A DNA stretch of 64,000 bases. It comes from a virus. Its lineage: Duplodnaviria; Heunggongvirae; Uroviricota; Caudoviricetes. The notes beneath the pieces are model-generated. The model saw nothing but the letters and a program-made list of their open reading frames with translations. It had not been told where the DNA came from and searched no databases. Positions 21,828-30,969 of the stretch are shown one piece after another. Every line of letters starts with the position of its first letter. The first letter of the stretch is position 1. The stretch is taken from IMG/VR virus record IMGVR_UViG_3300012348_000120, one strand, 5' to 3'. The position numbers and the translations under genes are program-made.

Positions 21828-23151
21828 TCAACTTCACTGCCCGATGAGTTATGCCGTTTATAAGTTTCAACCAGAACTTGGAGAGTTTTCAGCTTGCTGT
21901 GACGCTACGGTATACAAGTTCAACAGGGACTGGTTTAACCAGTTGGGTCCAGACTACTTTGAAAAGTTTCCAACGCTTATTGAGCGCAAAACGGCTCTGT
22001 ATGACGGTATAAAACATTCAGATTGCAAACAATGCTGGGAAAAAGAAAGTATGAACATTCGCAGTATGCGTCAAGTGTTTGGACCCAGATACAACAATCT
22101 ACATGGTAATAGAGAGTTACAGACGGACAAGTCGTATGTAACGCGAGTTGAACTATGGATGAATTCAACTTGTAACTTGGGATGTTTTATGTGTAATCTT
22201 GGCAACAGTAACACTCTGCGGAAAGTGTGGAGCGAAGCCAAGGACACACATGGAAACAACGGAATTGGGTATGATGATTGGATAAATCGTGACAACTACC
22301 AAACTGAATACAGAAAGTTATTCACTGATTATATGGTGCAGTTCACCATAAACACGCTTAAAAAACCAACATCCGAAACACTATCACATGGTATGAACAT
22401 CGCATACCTTGGTGGTGAGCCTACGTTACACGATGAAATGTATGAACATGCCGACATATTCATTGATGCTGCAAAAGAGCGAGTAGCACAAGGCGCAGAG
22501 TTTGTGATTGAAATTGTAACAAACGGAACCAGCAAACCAAAACTGAATAAGCGTTTTATGGAGATGTTCAAGAAGTATAAGGATGCTGGATGGAAAACAC
22601 GTATAATGCTGAGTCAAGATGCTGCGAATGAGTATGTTGATGTTCGTCATGGTGCAGATTTTGAAGCAATCAAAAATAACTTTTCATCTTGGATTTCTTC
22701 AAATAGCTTAATAGACGAGATAAAAAGTCACACCGTAATTAGCAATCTTAATCTCCCATACATTGACAATATGGCAAAGTATTTGCAAAGTGCGGTGTTA
22801 GATAACTACATTGGCAACAGAGATTTAGAGATCAATTTCAATACATTGACAAGTCCAAAGTGGATGCATTTAAAATATCTTCCAAGAAAATATGCCGAAA
22901 AAGAAATATTTGAGGCAAAGAGAATACTAACTGACATTAGAACAGAGTTTGGAATACGAATTAATACAGAAGTGTTTGACGAGGTATTAAGAGCATTGCC
23001 AGAGGAAATATCCAAAGCTGATGCTGATATGATCTTTTCTAAATATAAATATGTTGCAGAACAATACAAAAAAGTGTATAATGGATGGAACTTGTTTGAA
23101 ACGTTTAAACATTTGAAACCTTTTGCAGAAGAGTATGGAATAGATTTATGA
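21820..23151 (+). CDS. radical SAM protein with N-terminal twitch-like domain
   Basis: C...ACC...CKQC, then CNLGCFMC and GGEP. Confidence 0.9.
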   Translation: MTDQLHCPMSYAVYKFQPELGEFSACCDATVYKFNRDWFNQLGPDYFEKFPTLIERKTALYDGIKHSDCKQCWEKESMNIRSMRQVFGPRYNNLHGNRELQTDKSYVTRVELWMNSTCNLGCFMCNLGNSNTLRKVWSEAKDTHGNNGIGYDDWINRDNYQTEYRKLFTDYMVQFTINTLKKPTSETLSHGMNIAYLGGEPTLHDEMYEHADIFIDAAKERVAQGAEFVIEIVTNGTSKPKLNKRFMEMFKKYKDAGWKTRIMLSQDAANEYVDVRHGADFEAIKNNFSSWISSNSLIDEIKSHTVISNLNLPYIDNMAKYLQSAVLDNYIGNRDLEINFNTLTSPKWMHLKYLPRKYAEKEIFEAKRILTDIRTEFGIRINTEVFDEVLRALPEEISKADADMIFSKYKYVAEQYKKVYNGWNLFETFKHLKPFAEEYGIDL

Positions 23152-24359
23152 GTTTTTGTGCAATCAACGACAAAACCGAAAAGAAACTGATGGTGATATG
23201 GGACTTGGGCAGAAAATGCACATACTCTTGTAGTTACTGTCCACCTCACAGAAAAAATAGTTGGAGTGCAGTTGCCAGTTTTGAAGAACTGAAAAAGACT
23301 GCCGATGACTTAGAACGATATAGCGAGCTTCTTAATCAGTATCGTGATACTCCATTCCGAGTATCAGCGAGTTTCACTGGCGGCGAACCAACTGTCAATC
23401 CAGCATTCTTTGATTTCTTGGTATACCTACAAGAAAAGTATCCACACTGGAATAGAACTCTTACAACCAACGGATTTTACTCTGAGAGAAAACTGAGGTT
23501 GGTTATGAAGAATACCAACTTCACCACATTGAGTTGGCACTGTGAAGGATCACCTGAACAGAAAAAGCGTGTCCGAGAGAATATAAAAATAATGGTTGAA
23601 GAAGGATACGGCTTCAAGGTAAACGTTATGTTTCATGAGCGTCAGGACTACTTTGATGAATGTGTTGAACTATGCAAGTGGTTTGATGAAATTGGTGTAA
23701 AGTATATCCCAAGAATCATTGGCGATCAAGGTGACATCAAACAAGGGCTAAAAGACAAGACAGTTCATACATATACCGCCGACCAAATGAAATGGTTTAC
23801 TGACTATTGGAACGCCAAGAATGGCAAGAAGGTAGAAAGCAAAGTCGGAATTCCCAACGAAAAGGTTGTGGGCCAAACCATTGGACGCCCTTGCTGTGGC
23901 GACAGAAAAATGGAAATTCTGGACAACGATGAGTGGGTTCAGACAAAGTTTATAACGAACAACAACTTCCAAGGATGGAGTTGTATGATAAACTGGTATT
24001 TCCTTTACATTCATCAAGAGATTGATAAGATTTGGTTTCACCAAACATGCCAAGTCAATTTGAACGGCGAAGTCAATCCAATATGCAACGTGAGCAATTT
24101 CGGAACGTTCATAGATGGAATGGAAGAACAGATGAAGTCTGGAAGCATTCCTTATATCCGTTGTCCAAAAACTCATTGTGGTTGCGGGCTATGCGTTCCA
24201 AAAGCAAGAACGAATGATGTGGCACTGGCGCTATTTAAATCGCATACGAAAAATATACAACCAGAACTTATGGAAACAAAAGAATATCAAAATGATCTGG
24301 GATCATTGAAAAGTATGGTTGAAATGTATGACAAGTCAAATGGCAACGAAACTATTTAA
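23148..24359 (+). CDS. radical SAM protein
   Basis: CTYSCSYC, GGEP; Cys-rich C-terminus (CPKTHCGCGLC). Confidence 0.9.
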   Translation: MSFCAINDKTEKKLMVIWDLGRKCTYSCSYCPPHRKNSWSAVASFEELKKTADDLERYSELLNQYRDTPFRVSASFTGGEPTVNPAFFDFLVYLQEKYPHWNRTLTTNGFYSERKLRLVMKNTNFTTLSWHCEGSPEQKKRVRENIKIMVEEGYGFKVNVMFHERQDYFDECVELCKWFDEIGVKYIPRIIGDQGDIKQGLKDKTVHTYTADQMKWFTDYWNAKNGKKVESKVGIPNEKVVGQTIGRPCCGDRKMEILDNDEWVQTKFITNNNFQGWSCMINWYFLYIHQEIDKIWFHQTCQVNLNGEVNPICNVSNFGTFIDGMEEQMKSGSIPYIRCPKTHCGCGLCVPKARTNDVALALFKSHTKNIQPELMETKEYQNDLGSLKSMVEMYDKSNGNETI

Positions 24360-24370
24360 TAGGAGACAAT

Positions 24371-25072
24371 ATGATACTTGAATGTAACACATCTGGACAA
24401 AAGATAGATTTTGAAATTCCAGAGAAATATAAAAAGATTGGCGTGAATTGTAGTGGTGGAGCAGATAGTAGTATTCTCTTGCTTATGGTGGTTCAATACT
24501 TAATTGACAACAACAGAACTGATACTACCGTGTCCGTTTCTACTTGCTCAAATGATAAGAAGGGTAGATGGAACGGCAGACGTGCGGCAGACGTAATTGA
24601 GTATGTGATAAACAAAACCAAGTTTCCAAATTTTGATTTGCATTACACCTATTATCGCGATGTTCAAGCCGAAAAATACTTTCATGAGGTAGAAGGAAAG
24701 TTATTCTCTGATGAAAGAATTGACCTATTCGTAAGTGGAATAACTTGTAACCCTCCACTTGGAGAAACGGCAGTAAATTCACGTGGGCAAACAATTGTAT
24801 TGTCTGACGATATGCTTCCTTCAAGAACTGGAACCGACCATCAAATTTGGTATTATAACAATGATGATGCATTCTATACTCCATTTGCAAACGTTGATAA
24901 AAGATTTGTGGCATCTATGTATGAGCACTATGGCGCAAATGATTTGTTTGACTTAACTCGCAGTTGTGAATCCATTCCAAACGAAGATGAAAACATATCT
25001 GTGTTTGAGCGAGTTCCTTGTGGAAATTGCTGGTGGTGCTTGGAACGCAAGTGGGCTTTTGGGAGATTTTAA
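24371..25072 (+). CDS. QueC-like PP-loop ATPase
   Basis: SGGADS PP-loop; TRSC...CGNCWWCLER. Confidence 0.75.
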   Translation: MILECNTSGQKIDFEIPEKYKKIGVNCSGGADSSILLLMVVQYLIDNNRTDTTVSVSTCSNDKKGRWNGRRAADVIEYVINKTKFPNFDLHYTYYRDVQAEKYFHEVEGKLFSDERIDLFVSGITCNPPLGETAVNSRGQTIVLSDDMLPSRTGTDHQIWYYNNDDAFYTPFANVDKRFVASMYEHYGANDLFDLTRSCESIPNEDENISVFERVPCGNCWWCLERKWAFGRF

Positions 25073-25788
25073 TGACACTCGTATTTGAAGATAAGTTTGG
25101 TAATGGATCGGTAGAGATAGATATACCGACCAAATATAAAAAAGTGGCAGTCAATTGTAGTGGCGGTGCCGATAGTAGTATTCTTCTGTATGTGCTGGCA
25201 AAATACATTAAGGACAATCAACTGGATGTCAAATTGAGTGTGTTGACTTGTAGCACAGATGTCAAAGACCGATGGACTGGACGCAAGGCTGAACTTGTGA
25301 CAAACTATATAATTGAAAATGTAGGTTCTGGCATCATTGATATGCATTACATATATTTCAGAGAGCGCCCACAGACAGAGGATTTCCACGCAATTGAAGC
25401 ATCATTGTTCGCAGACAAACGAGCAGACTTGATTGTGAGTGGAATAACTTCAAATCCACCTATCGGAGCAACAGTTGAAAACATAGATGGTGACGTTATT
25501 GATTTAACCAACGGTTCTATGGATAATCGCAATGGAACGGACCATACTATATGGCACATTTCAACCGATGGCAAAGGTGACTTTTGGAGTCCATTTGCTA
25601 ATGTTGACAAAAGATTTGTTGCAGACCTATATGACCATTACGGCGTGAGAGATACGTTGCTTCCACTCACTCGTAGCTGTGAAAAGAAAACTCCTCTTGA
25701 TGCACCATTTGATCCTATGTTTGAAGAAAAAACTTGTGGCATATGCTGGTGGTGTTTAGAGCGTAAATGGGCGTTTGGTAATTTCTGA
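25072..25788 (+). CDS. QueC-like PP-loop ATPase (tandem paralog)
   Basis: SGGADS; TRSC...CGICWWCLER; start at the TAATG overlap (MTLVFE). Confidence 0.75.
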   Translation: MTLVFEDKFGNGSVEIDIPTKYKKVAVNCSGGADSSILLYVLAKYIKDNQLDVKLSVLTCSTDVKDRWTGRKAELVTNYIIENVGSGIIDMHYIYFRERPQTEDFHAIEASLFADKRADLIVSGITSNPPIGATVENIDGDVIDLTNGSMDNRNGTDHTIWHISTDGKGDFWSPFANVDKRFVADLYDHYGVRDTLLPLTRSCEKKTPLDAPFDPMFEEKTCGICWWCLERKWAFGNF

Positions 25789-25790
25789 TT

Positions 25791-26969
25791 ATGACTAAAA
25801 GATATGTATGCAGTAAAATGTTTACGGACTTGAATATCAAGTTTCCGTATAACTGTGTGAAAAATTGCTGCAAGTCAAATGACTATCGTTCATCAACGAA
25901 TGATGTTGCATCTGATGACTTTTTCATTCAGAATTCAGAATATATTCGCCGTAAAACAGACATGTTGGTGAACAATGTTCTTCCAGTTGGGGGATGTGAT
26001 ACTTGCATCAATATGGGAGATTATAGTCTATTTGAAACTTGGAATGAGTGGGGTCCAGAAAAGCAAAACGATTTATCGTTGCTAAACACTGATTCATTTG
26101 AAACATACGAAATGGTATTGTCAAGTGCTTGTGATTTGAAATGCGTGTATTGTCATCCAAAAGACAGCACAAGTTGGGCAAAAGAACTCGGCGTTTCACC
26201 AAACAAAGGATCAGACGAATGGAAAAAAGAAGTAACTTCCAAGTTAATCGAATCTCTTAAAACAAAAACGTTTTATGATGACAAGCAATATACGTTCTTT
26301 TTTAGTGGTGGCGAACCAACGTATAATACTGAAACATTAGATTTTGTCAATGAGGTCTTAAAATACGTCCCAAAGAAAAATACCAGTATATGTATAAGCA
26401 CTAACGCGAATACAAAGCCCAAAGTGTTTAAAAAGTATCTGGAAGCCATTCAATCTGATTTAGAAGTTAAATGGACATTTGATTGCAGTATCGATGGAAT
26501 AGAAAAAGTATGCGAAGCAATACGATATGGCATTTCTTGGAATACGGCAATCAATAACATTAATACTCTCTTGCAACAACCAAATGTATTAGTCAGAATA
26601 TCTCCAACCGTAAGTTTATATAGTGTTCCGACTATGTATGATTTTGTTACGTATTTCGTTGAATTATTCAAGAAGTATGATAAGATACATAAACATATGT
26701 TCAACTACAATATGGCACAGGAATCTGGAATGTCTCCTGCTAATATGCCAGATGATTATAAAGAGTGTTTACAAAGTTCCATAGACTATTTGAAGAACGA
26801 AAATGTATCTTATTATGCACATTTGCAAAATGTTAAAAATATAATAGGAACTGACTATAACGAATATAAAACTTCAAAGATAAAATCAAAGTTTGAATAT
26901 TTCAAGACAAAGCGACCAGACATGAATTGGGACAACTTGTTTCCACATATTAACGATATTATAGGATAA
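25791..26969 (+). CDS. radical SAM protein with N-terminal twitch-like domain
   Basis: C...NCC...CDTC, then CDLKCVYC and GGEP. Confidence 0.9.
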   Translation: MTKRYVCSKMFTDLNIKFPYNCVKNCCKSNDYRSSTNDVASDDFFIQNSEYIRRKTDMLVNNVLPVGGCDTCINMGDYSLFETWNEWGPEKQNDLSLLNTDSFETYEMVLSSACDLKCVYCHPKDSTSWAKELGVSPNKGSDEWKKEVTSKLIESLKTKTFYDDKQYTFFFSGGEPTYNTETLDFVNEVLKYVPKKNTSICISTNANTKPKVFKKYLEAIQSDLEVKWTFDCSIDGIEKVCEAIRYGISWNTAINNINTLLQQPNVLVRISPTVSLYSVPTMYDFVTYFVELFKKYDKIHKHMFNYNMAQESGMSPANMPDDYKECLQSSIDYLKNENVSYYAHLQNVKNIIGTDYNEYKTSKIKSKFEYFKTKRPDMNWDNLFPHINDIIG

Positions 26970-26971
26970 AA

Positions 26972-28141
26972 ATGACAGAAATAAACAAGGACAGTCTGCA
27001 TTGGTCACAATATGATTTCACAAAAATACCATTTGATGACTTAGTTTCAGTTGGACAAAGAACACTACTATATAGAGACTTGTTCTCTGTGAGTTGGCTT
27101 CTTGGTAGGTTCTGCAACTATAAATGTTCATACTGCTGGCCATATGCGCGTAGTGATAAAAAAGATCACCGTCCAACAGAGTTATGCTTGGCGACTATTG
27201 ATGAAATAAAAAGACAAGCACGAGCGAATGGCTTCAATAGTTTTCATTTTAGTCTATCTGGTGGAGAGCCAACGTTCCATCCTGGTTACTTAGATATACT
27301 GGATCATTTAGCGAAGGATGTAGAAAATACAAACTTCACCAGTATTCATATGACTACGAATATGGCGAGAAAACTTGACTGGCATAAGAACTATTGTAAT
27401 ATTGCAGCACAGTTTCAACGTGCATCTATAACTGCGAGCTACCACAGTGAATTCGCAGACAAAGACGAATTTGTTGACAAACTGTTACTATGTATGGAAC
27501 ACGATGTTCAGGTTACAATCAACATGGTTTTGGTTCCTGAGTGGTTTGATCGTGACTGGCAAAATGCCCTTTACTTCCATGAAAAGGGAATCAACGTAAC
27601 ACTAAAGCCACAAAGTGATTCATCAGCCAGTAGAGTAGTGGATGGATACACGCCAGAACAACTTGCTATCATGCGCAATGGAATGCCTCAGAGAGACTAT
27701 ACGAAGGCCATACAAGAGCAACGTGGCGTAAAGGTAGTCCGACCTACCCCCAAAGGTGGAAGCCTCTGGAAAGCCGATATAGCGAATGGAGACGACAAGT
27801 CAGTTCCAGCTATGATGCAAGTAGAGTTTCAAGACAGTTCAGGCAAAAAGTGGTATATGGACCAAGCAGAACGTTTCAATGCATTTGGGTTCAACAAGTT
27901 CAAAGGATGGGAATGCTCATCTGGGTATAGAGGAATAGTTATACGTGAACCAGACGGATCAATCAAGCGTTCTTATAGCTGTTCAGATGAGCCACTTGGT
28001 TACGTAGAAAGTGGGTTCAAGCTATTTGACAGCCCAAAGCCATGCATAAGTGAAAGTTGTGTTTCGAGTGCAGACAGCAAAATACCGAAACGAAAACCAG
28101 GAACAACCATACCTTTGTATCCGCACGATTCTACAAAGTAA
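26972..28141 (+). CDS. radical SAM protein
   Basis: CNYKCSYC, GGEP; C-terminal Cys cluster. Confidence 0.9.
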   Translation: MTEINKDSLHWSQYDFTKIPFDDLVSVGQRTLLYRDLFSVSWLLGRFCNYKCSYCWPYARSDKKDHRPTELCLATIDEIKRQARANGFNSFHFSLSGGEPTFHPGYLDILDHLAKDVENTNFTSIHMTTNMARKLDWHKNYCNIAAQFQRASITASYHSEFADKDEFVDKLLLCMEHDVQVTINMVLVPEWFDRDWQNALYFHEKGINVTLKPQSDSSASRVVDGYTPEQLAIMRNGMPQRDYTKAIQEQRGVKVVRPTPKGGSLWKADIANGDDKSVPAMMQVEFQDSSGKKWYMDQAERFNAFGFNKFKGWECSSGYRGIVIREPDGSIKRSYSCSDEPLGYVESGFKLFDSPKPCISESCVSSADSKIPKRKPGTTIPLYPHDSTK

Positions 28142-28168
28142 AAAGACCCCCAAATGGGGGTCTTTTTT
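28141..28168. terminator. bidirectional intrinsic terminator
   Basis: AAAAGACCCCC-AAAT-GGGGGTCTTTTTT between convergent genes. Confidence 0.85.
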
Positions 28169-29042
28169 ATACTGCCATCTCTGCTTTGATGAATGGGTGC
28201 GGCGAATATCCTTCAACAGAAAAATGCTCCATTCTGAAATCATCAATGCTTTTGATGGAAGGATCAATGATGAGTTTTGGAAAAGGCATTGGATTTCGAT
28301 TCAACTGCATATTTACCGCATCAATATGGTTTTCATAGATATGACCATCGCCAATCACATGAACAAACTCTCCTACCTTCAAGTCGCAAACTTGTGCAAT
28401 CATATGAGTGAGAAGTGAATACGAAGCGATATTGAATGGAACACCAAGAAACAAATCTGCACTACGCTGATATAGGCTACAAGAAAGTTCGCCGTTATTA
28501 GAAACGTAGAACTGAACGAAGGCATGGCAAGGTGGGAGTGCCATTTCGCTAATATCAGCCACGTTCCATGCAGATAGAATATGTCTGCGTGATTGTGGGT
28601 TCTTTTTGATTCCATCAATCAACATAGAAAGTTGATCTATTCCATCCCAGTTTCGCCATTGGACACCATACACTGGACCGAGTTTCTTTACAGTATCGGT
28701 ATTTTCGTAACCAAGTGCTTTGCCTTGATTGTCGGCGTTTGCAGTCCATATAGTAGTCTTGCCGATTAGATTTTCTCTTGGTTCTCCGTAGTGGATTTCC
28801 GCCAGTCTCCGTTCATCGTCGGACCCTTCAATGAACCACAATAGTTCGCTTACCACACTTTTGAAATTTACCTTTTTTGTAGTAAGTAACGGAAATCCTC
28901 TACGTAGATCAAAGTTCATCGTTGACATAAATCGCGAAATCGTGCCAATTCCAGTTCGTTCTTTGTCTCTGGTTTCTCCTGTATGGAGTGTAGTATGAAG
29001 AAGATCAAGATACATTTCTTCTTCCCAGTTTGTTTGTGACAT
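28167..29042 (-). CDS. thyA: thymidylate synthase
   Basis: RTG, FPLLTTK, ELLWF, GPVYGVQWR, MALPPCH and YQRSADLFLGVPFN. Confidence 0.97.
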   Translation of the reverse strand: MSQTNWEEEMYLDLLHTTLHTGETRDKERTGIGTISRFMSTMNFDLRRGFPLLTTKKVNFKSVVSELLWFIEGSDDERRLAEIHYGEPRENLIGKTTIWTANADNQGKALGYENTDTVKKLGPVYGVQWRNWDGIDQLSMLIDGIKKNPQSRRHILSAWNVADISEMALPPCHAFVQFYVSNNGELSCSLYQRSADLFLGVPFNIASYSLLTHMIAQVCDLKVGEFVHVIGDGHIYENHIDAVNMQLNRNPMPFPKLIIDPSIKSIDDFRMEHFSVEGYSPHPFIKAEMAV

Positions 29043-29051
29043 ATATTCCTC

Positions 29052-29375
29052 TTATTGTTTTGGTAGTTTACCTTGGTCATCTTCACCAAAGTGTGCTGAT
29101 AGCAATCGTTTTACGTTGAAAATAACACTGTCTTGAATGAGTGGAACATTTACTAAAACTTCAATGTCTTCAATTTGATCGTGTTGGTGCGCAACCTTTT
29201 CCCAATTTAGGTTTCCAGTCATTGGAAGCGGTTTTAGCAGTTCTTCGCCCGACAATGATATTTCACCGCCATTTTTTAGCTTTACCACGATTTCTCTAAC
29301 AAACGAGTTAGGAATACTCAGTGGCATTATTTCTTCCATAATACGTTCAAATTCGGACTCTCTATCGAATTCCAT
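29052..29375 (-). CDS. hypothetical protein
   Basis: ORF with AGGAG SD, co-oriented with its neighbours. Confidence 0.75.
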   Translation of the reverse strand: MEFDRESEFERIMEEIMPLSIPNSFVREIVVKLKNGGEISLSGEELLKPLPMTGNLNWEKVAHQHDQIEDIEVLVNVPLIQDSVIFNVKRLLSAHFGEDDQGKLPKQ

Positions 29376-29387
29376 TATAGTGTCTCC

Positions 29388-29424
29388 TAATAATAAGGGG
29401 CGAGATTATCGCCCCCTATTATTA
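29388..29424 (-). terminator. hairpin, probable terminator
   Basis: TAATAAGGGGCGA...TCGCCCCCTATTA inverted repeat. Confidence 0.6.
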
Positions 29425-29425
29425 C

Positions 29426-30052
29426 TTATGCACTTTCAGTAGTTTCCGTTTTTGGTTTTGAAAATTTACTTCGCTTTGGCTTTTCTGCGGTTTTAATCTC
29501 AAACGCTACTGGTCGTAGACTTGGGTCGTATTTGTATGCTTCTTCGCGCTTTCGATGTGCATCAGCCTCTAACAGTTGGGCTTGCACCAGTAGGTTCTGC
29601 GCAATTTGGCGAGATTCTTCTGACTTACTTTCTGCGACATTTGTATCAATTCGCGATTCGGTCTGCAATTGAGTTGTGTTATCTGTAACCAACCCTGCTT
29701 CAATCTCGTGCATCTTTTCAAGAATTTCATTCAATGCAACATTAGTTGACGTATTTGGCGTCATGATAATGTTCTTAGTTGGTAGTTTTGAAAGAAGTCC
29801 TTCTGTATGTAGAGTGGTGAGCATTTGTCCACCATGCCAAAACACTTTTCGTGAAAGAACTTCATACATCTGTTTTGAAGTTTGACCTTCATTTGATTCA
29901 ACCGCATCCATCAGTGCTTGATGGTATCGGTCTGGCAGTGAATCGCTGAATACTACCAATGCGTTTTCTGGTTCATCTGGTAGTTCCATAAAGACAACTA
30001 CGAGGCGTTGTCCAGTAGAGGCGTGTCTTCCTACATGCTTCATAAAGGCCAT
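29426..30052 (-). CDS. hypothetical phage protein
   Basis: 208-aa ORF, TAATG-coupled. Confidence 0.8.
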   Translation of the reverse strand: MAFMKHVGRHASTGQRLVVVFMELPDEPENALVVFSDSLPDRYHQALMDAVESNEGQTSKQMYEVLSRKVFWHGGQMLTTLHTEGLLSKLPTKNIIMTPNTSTNVALNEILEKMHEIEAGLVTDNTTQLQTESRIDTNVAESKSEESRQIAQNLLVQAQLLEADAHRKREEAYKYDPSLRPVAFEIKTAEKPKRSKFSKPKTETTESA

Positions 30053-30288
30053 TACTCTACTGTTCCCTCTGTTGGTGCAGCTTCATTCTGTGCTGCTGCA
30101 TTTGCTTGACGTGCGGCCTGAACCCCGTCAAGGAATGATTTCAGTTTGTTTACAACTGTGCCAACCGCTTGAAGTTCGGTTGCTTGAAATGCGCCACGTT
30201 TTGCGGCCAAATCAATAATAGCATATGCATTTGCAATATCAGTAATACTGATATTGGTTTCTGCGGTTTGATTGGTTTCTTCTGACAT
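30052..30288 (-). CDS. hypothetical phage protein
   Basis: 78 aa, AAKRGAF motif, AAGGAG SD. Confidence 0.8.
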   Translation of the reverse strand: MSEETNQTAETNISITDIANAYAIIDLAAKRGAFQATELQAVGTVVNKLKSFLDGVQAARQANAAAQNEAAPTEGTVE

Positions 30289-30373
30289 TTTATACTCCTT
30301 AGCAAAAATTATGGTAATATGAAAAGATAATCATATTACCATAATATAAAATTTATGATTGTTTGTCAAGCAT

Positions 30374-30919
30374 TTACGCAACCATATTGACTTTTTCTTC
30401 TGGCCAATCTAAGTATATTAGCCATTCTCTATAACGAATATTCAGCATAACTGATTTACTATTCGCAATTTGGAAAAAGTCTGGTCGTGTTGGCTTTTTC
30501 TTTGGAACAATTCTTTCATTGTTACCTTTTTCATGGTTACACCATTTACAAGCAGTAACAATGTTTTCCCAGTTAGTTCTTCCACCTTTTGATCTTGGCA
30601 GAACATGGTCCAGCGTCAAATCTTTTGGTTGAAATATGTCACCGCAATATTGGCATATGTGCTTATCTCGTGCAAACACGTTGCTTCTATTGAAGTTGAT
30701 TCCTTGCTTAGAACGAGAAATGTATTCTCGTGTGGAAACTACACTCGGAACTCGCATAGTAATTGACTGACTATGCACTTCCCAATTTTCATGCCATTCC
30801 AAAACATTGATTCTATCTAAGACAAGAAGTTTGATGCTTTCTTGCCAAGTCAATGTTGATAATGGAAGGATACTTAGTGGTCTTCCGTCTGAGTTTAGTA
30901 GTAGTGTGTCATTGCTCAT
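30374..30919 (-). CDS. HNH endonuclease
   Basis: RDKHICQYCG...TLDHVLPRSKGG...NIVTACKWCN; start taken at MSND. Confidence 0.9.
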   Translation of the reverse strand: MSNDTLLLNSDGRPLSILPLSTLTWQESIKLLVLDRINVLEWHENWEVHSQSITMRVPSVVSTREYISRSKQGINFNRSNVFARDKHICQYCGDIFQPKDLTLDHVLPRSKGGRTNWENIVTACKWCNHEKGNNERIVPKKKPTRPDFFQIANSKSVMLNIRYREWLIYLDWPEEKVNMVA

Positions 30920-30969
30920 AATAGTATTTATCCCTGATTGCCAAGGCAATCAGGGATTACCTTGGGCTT

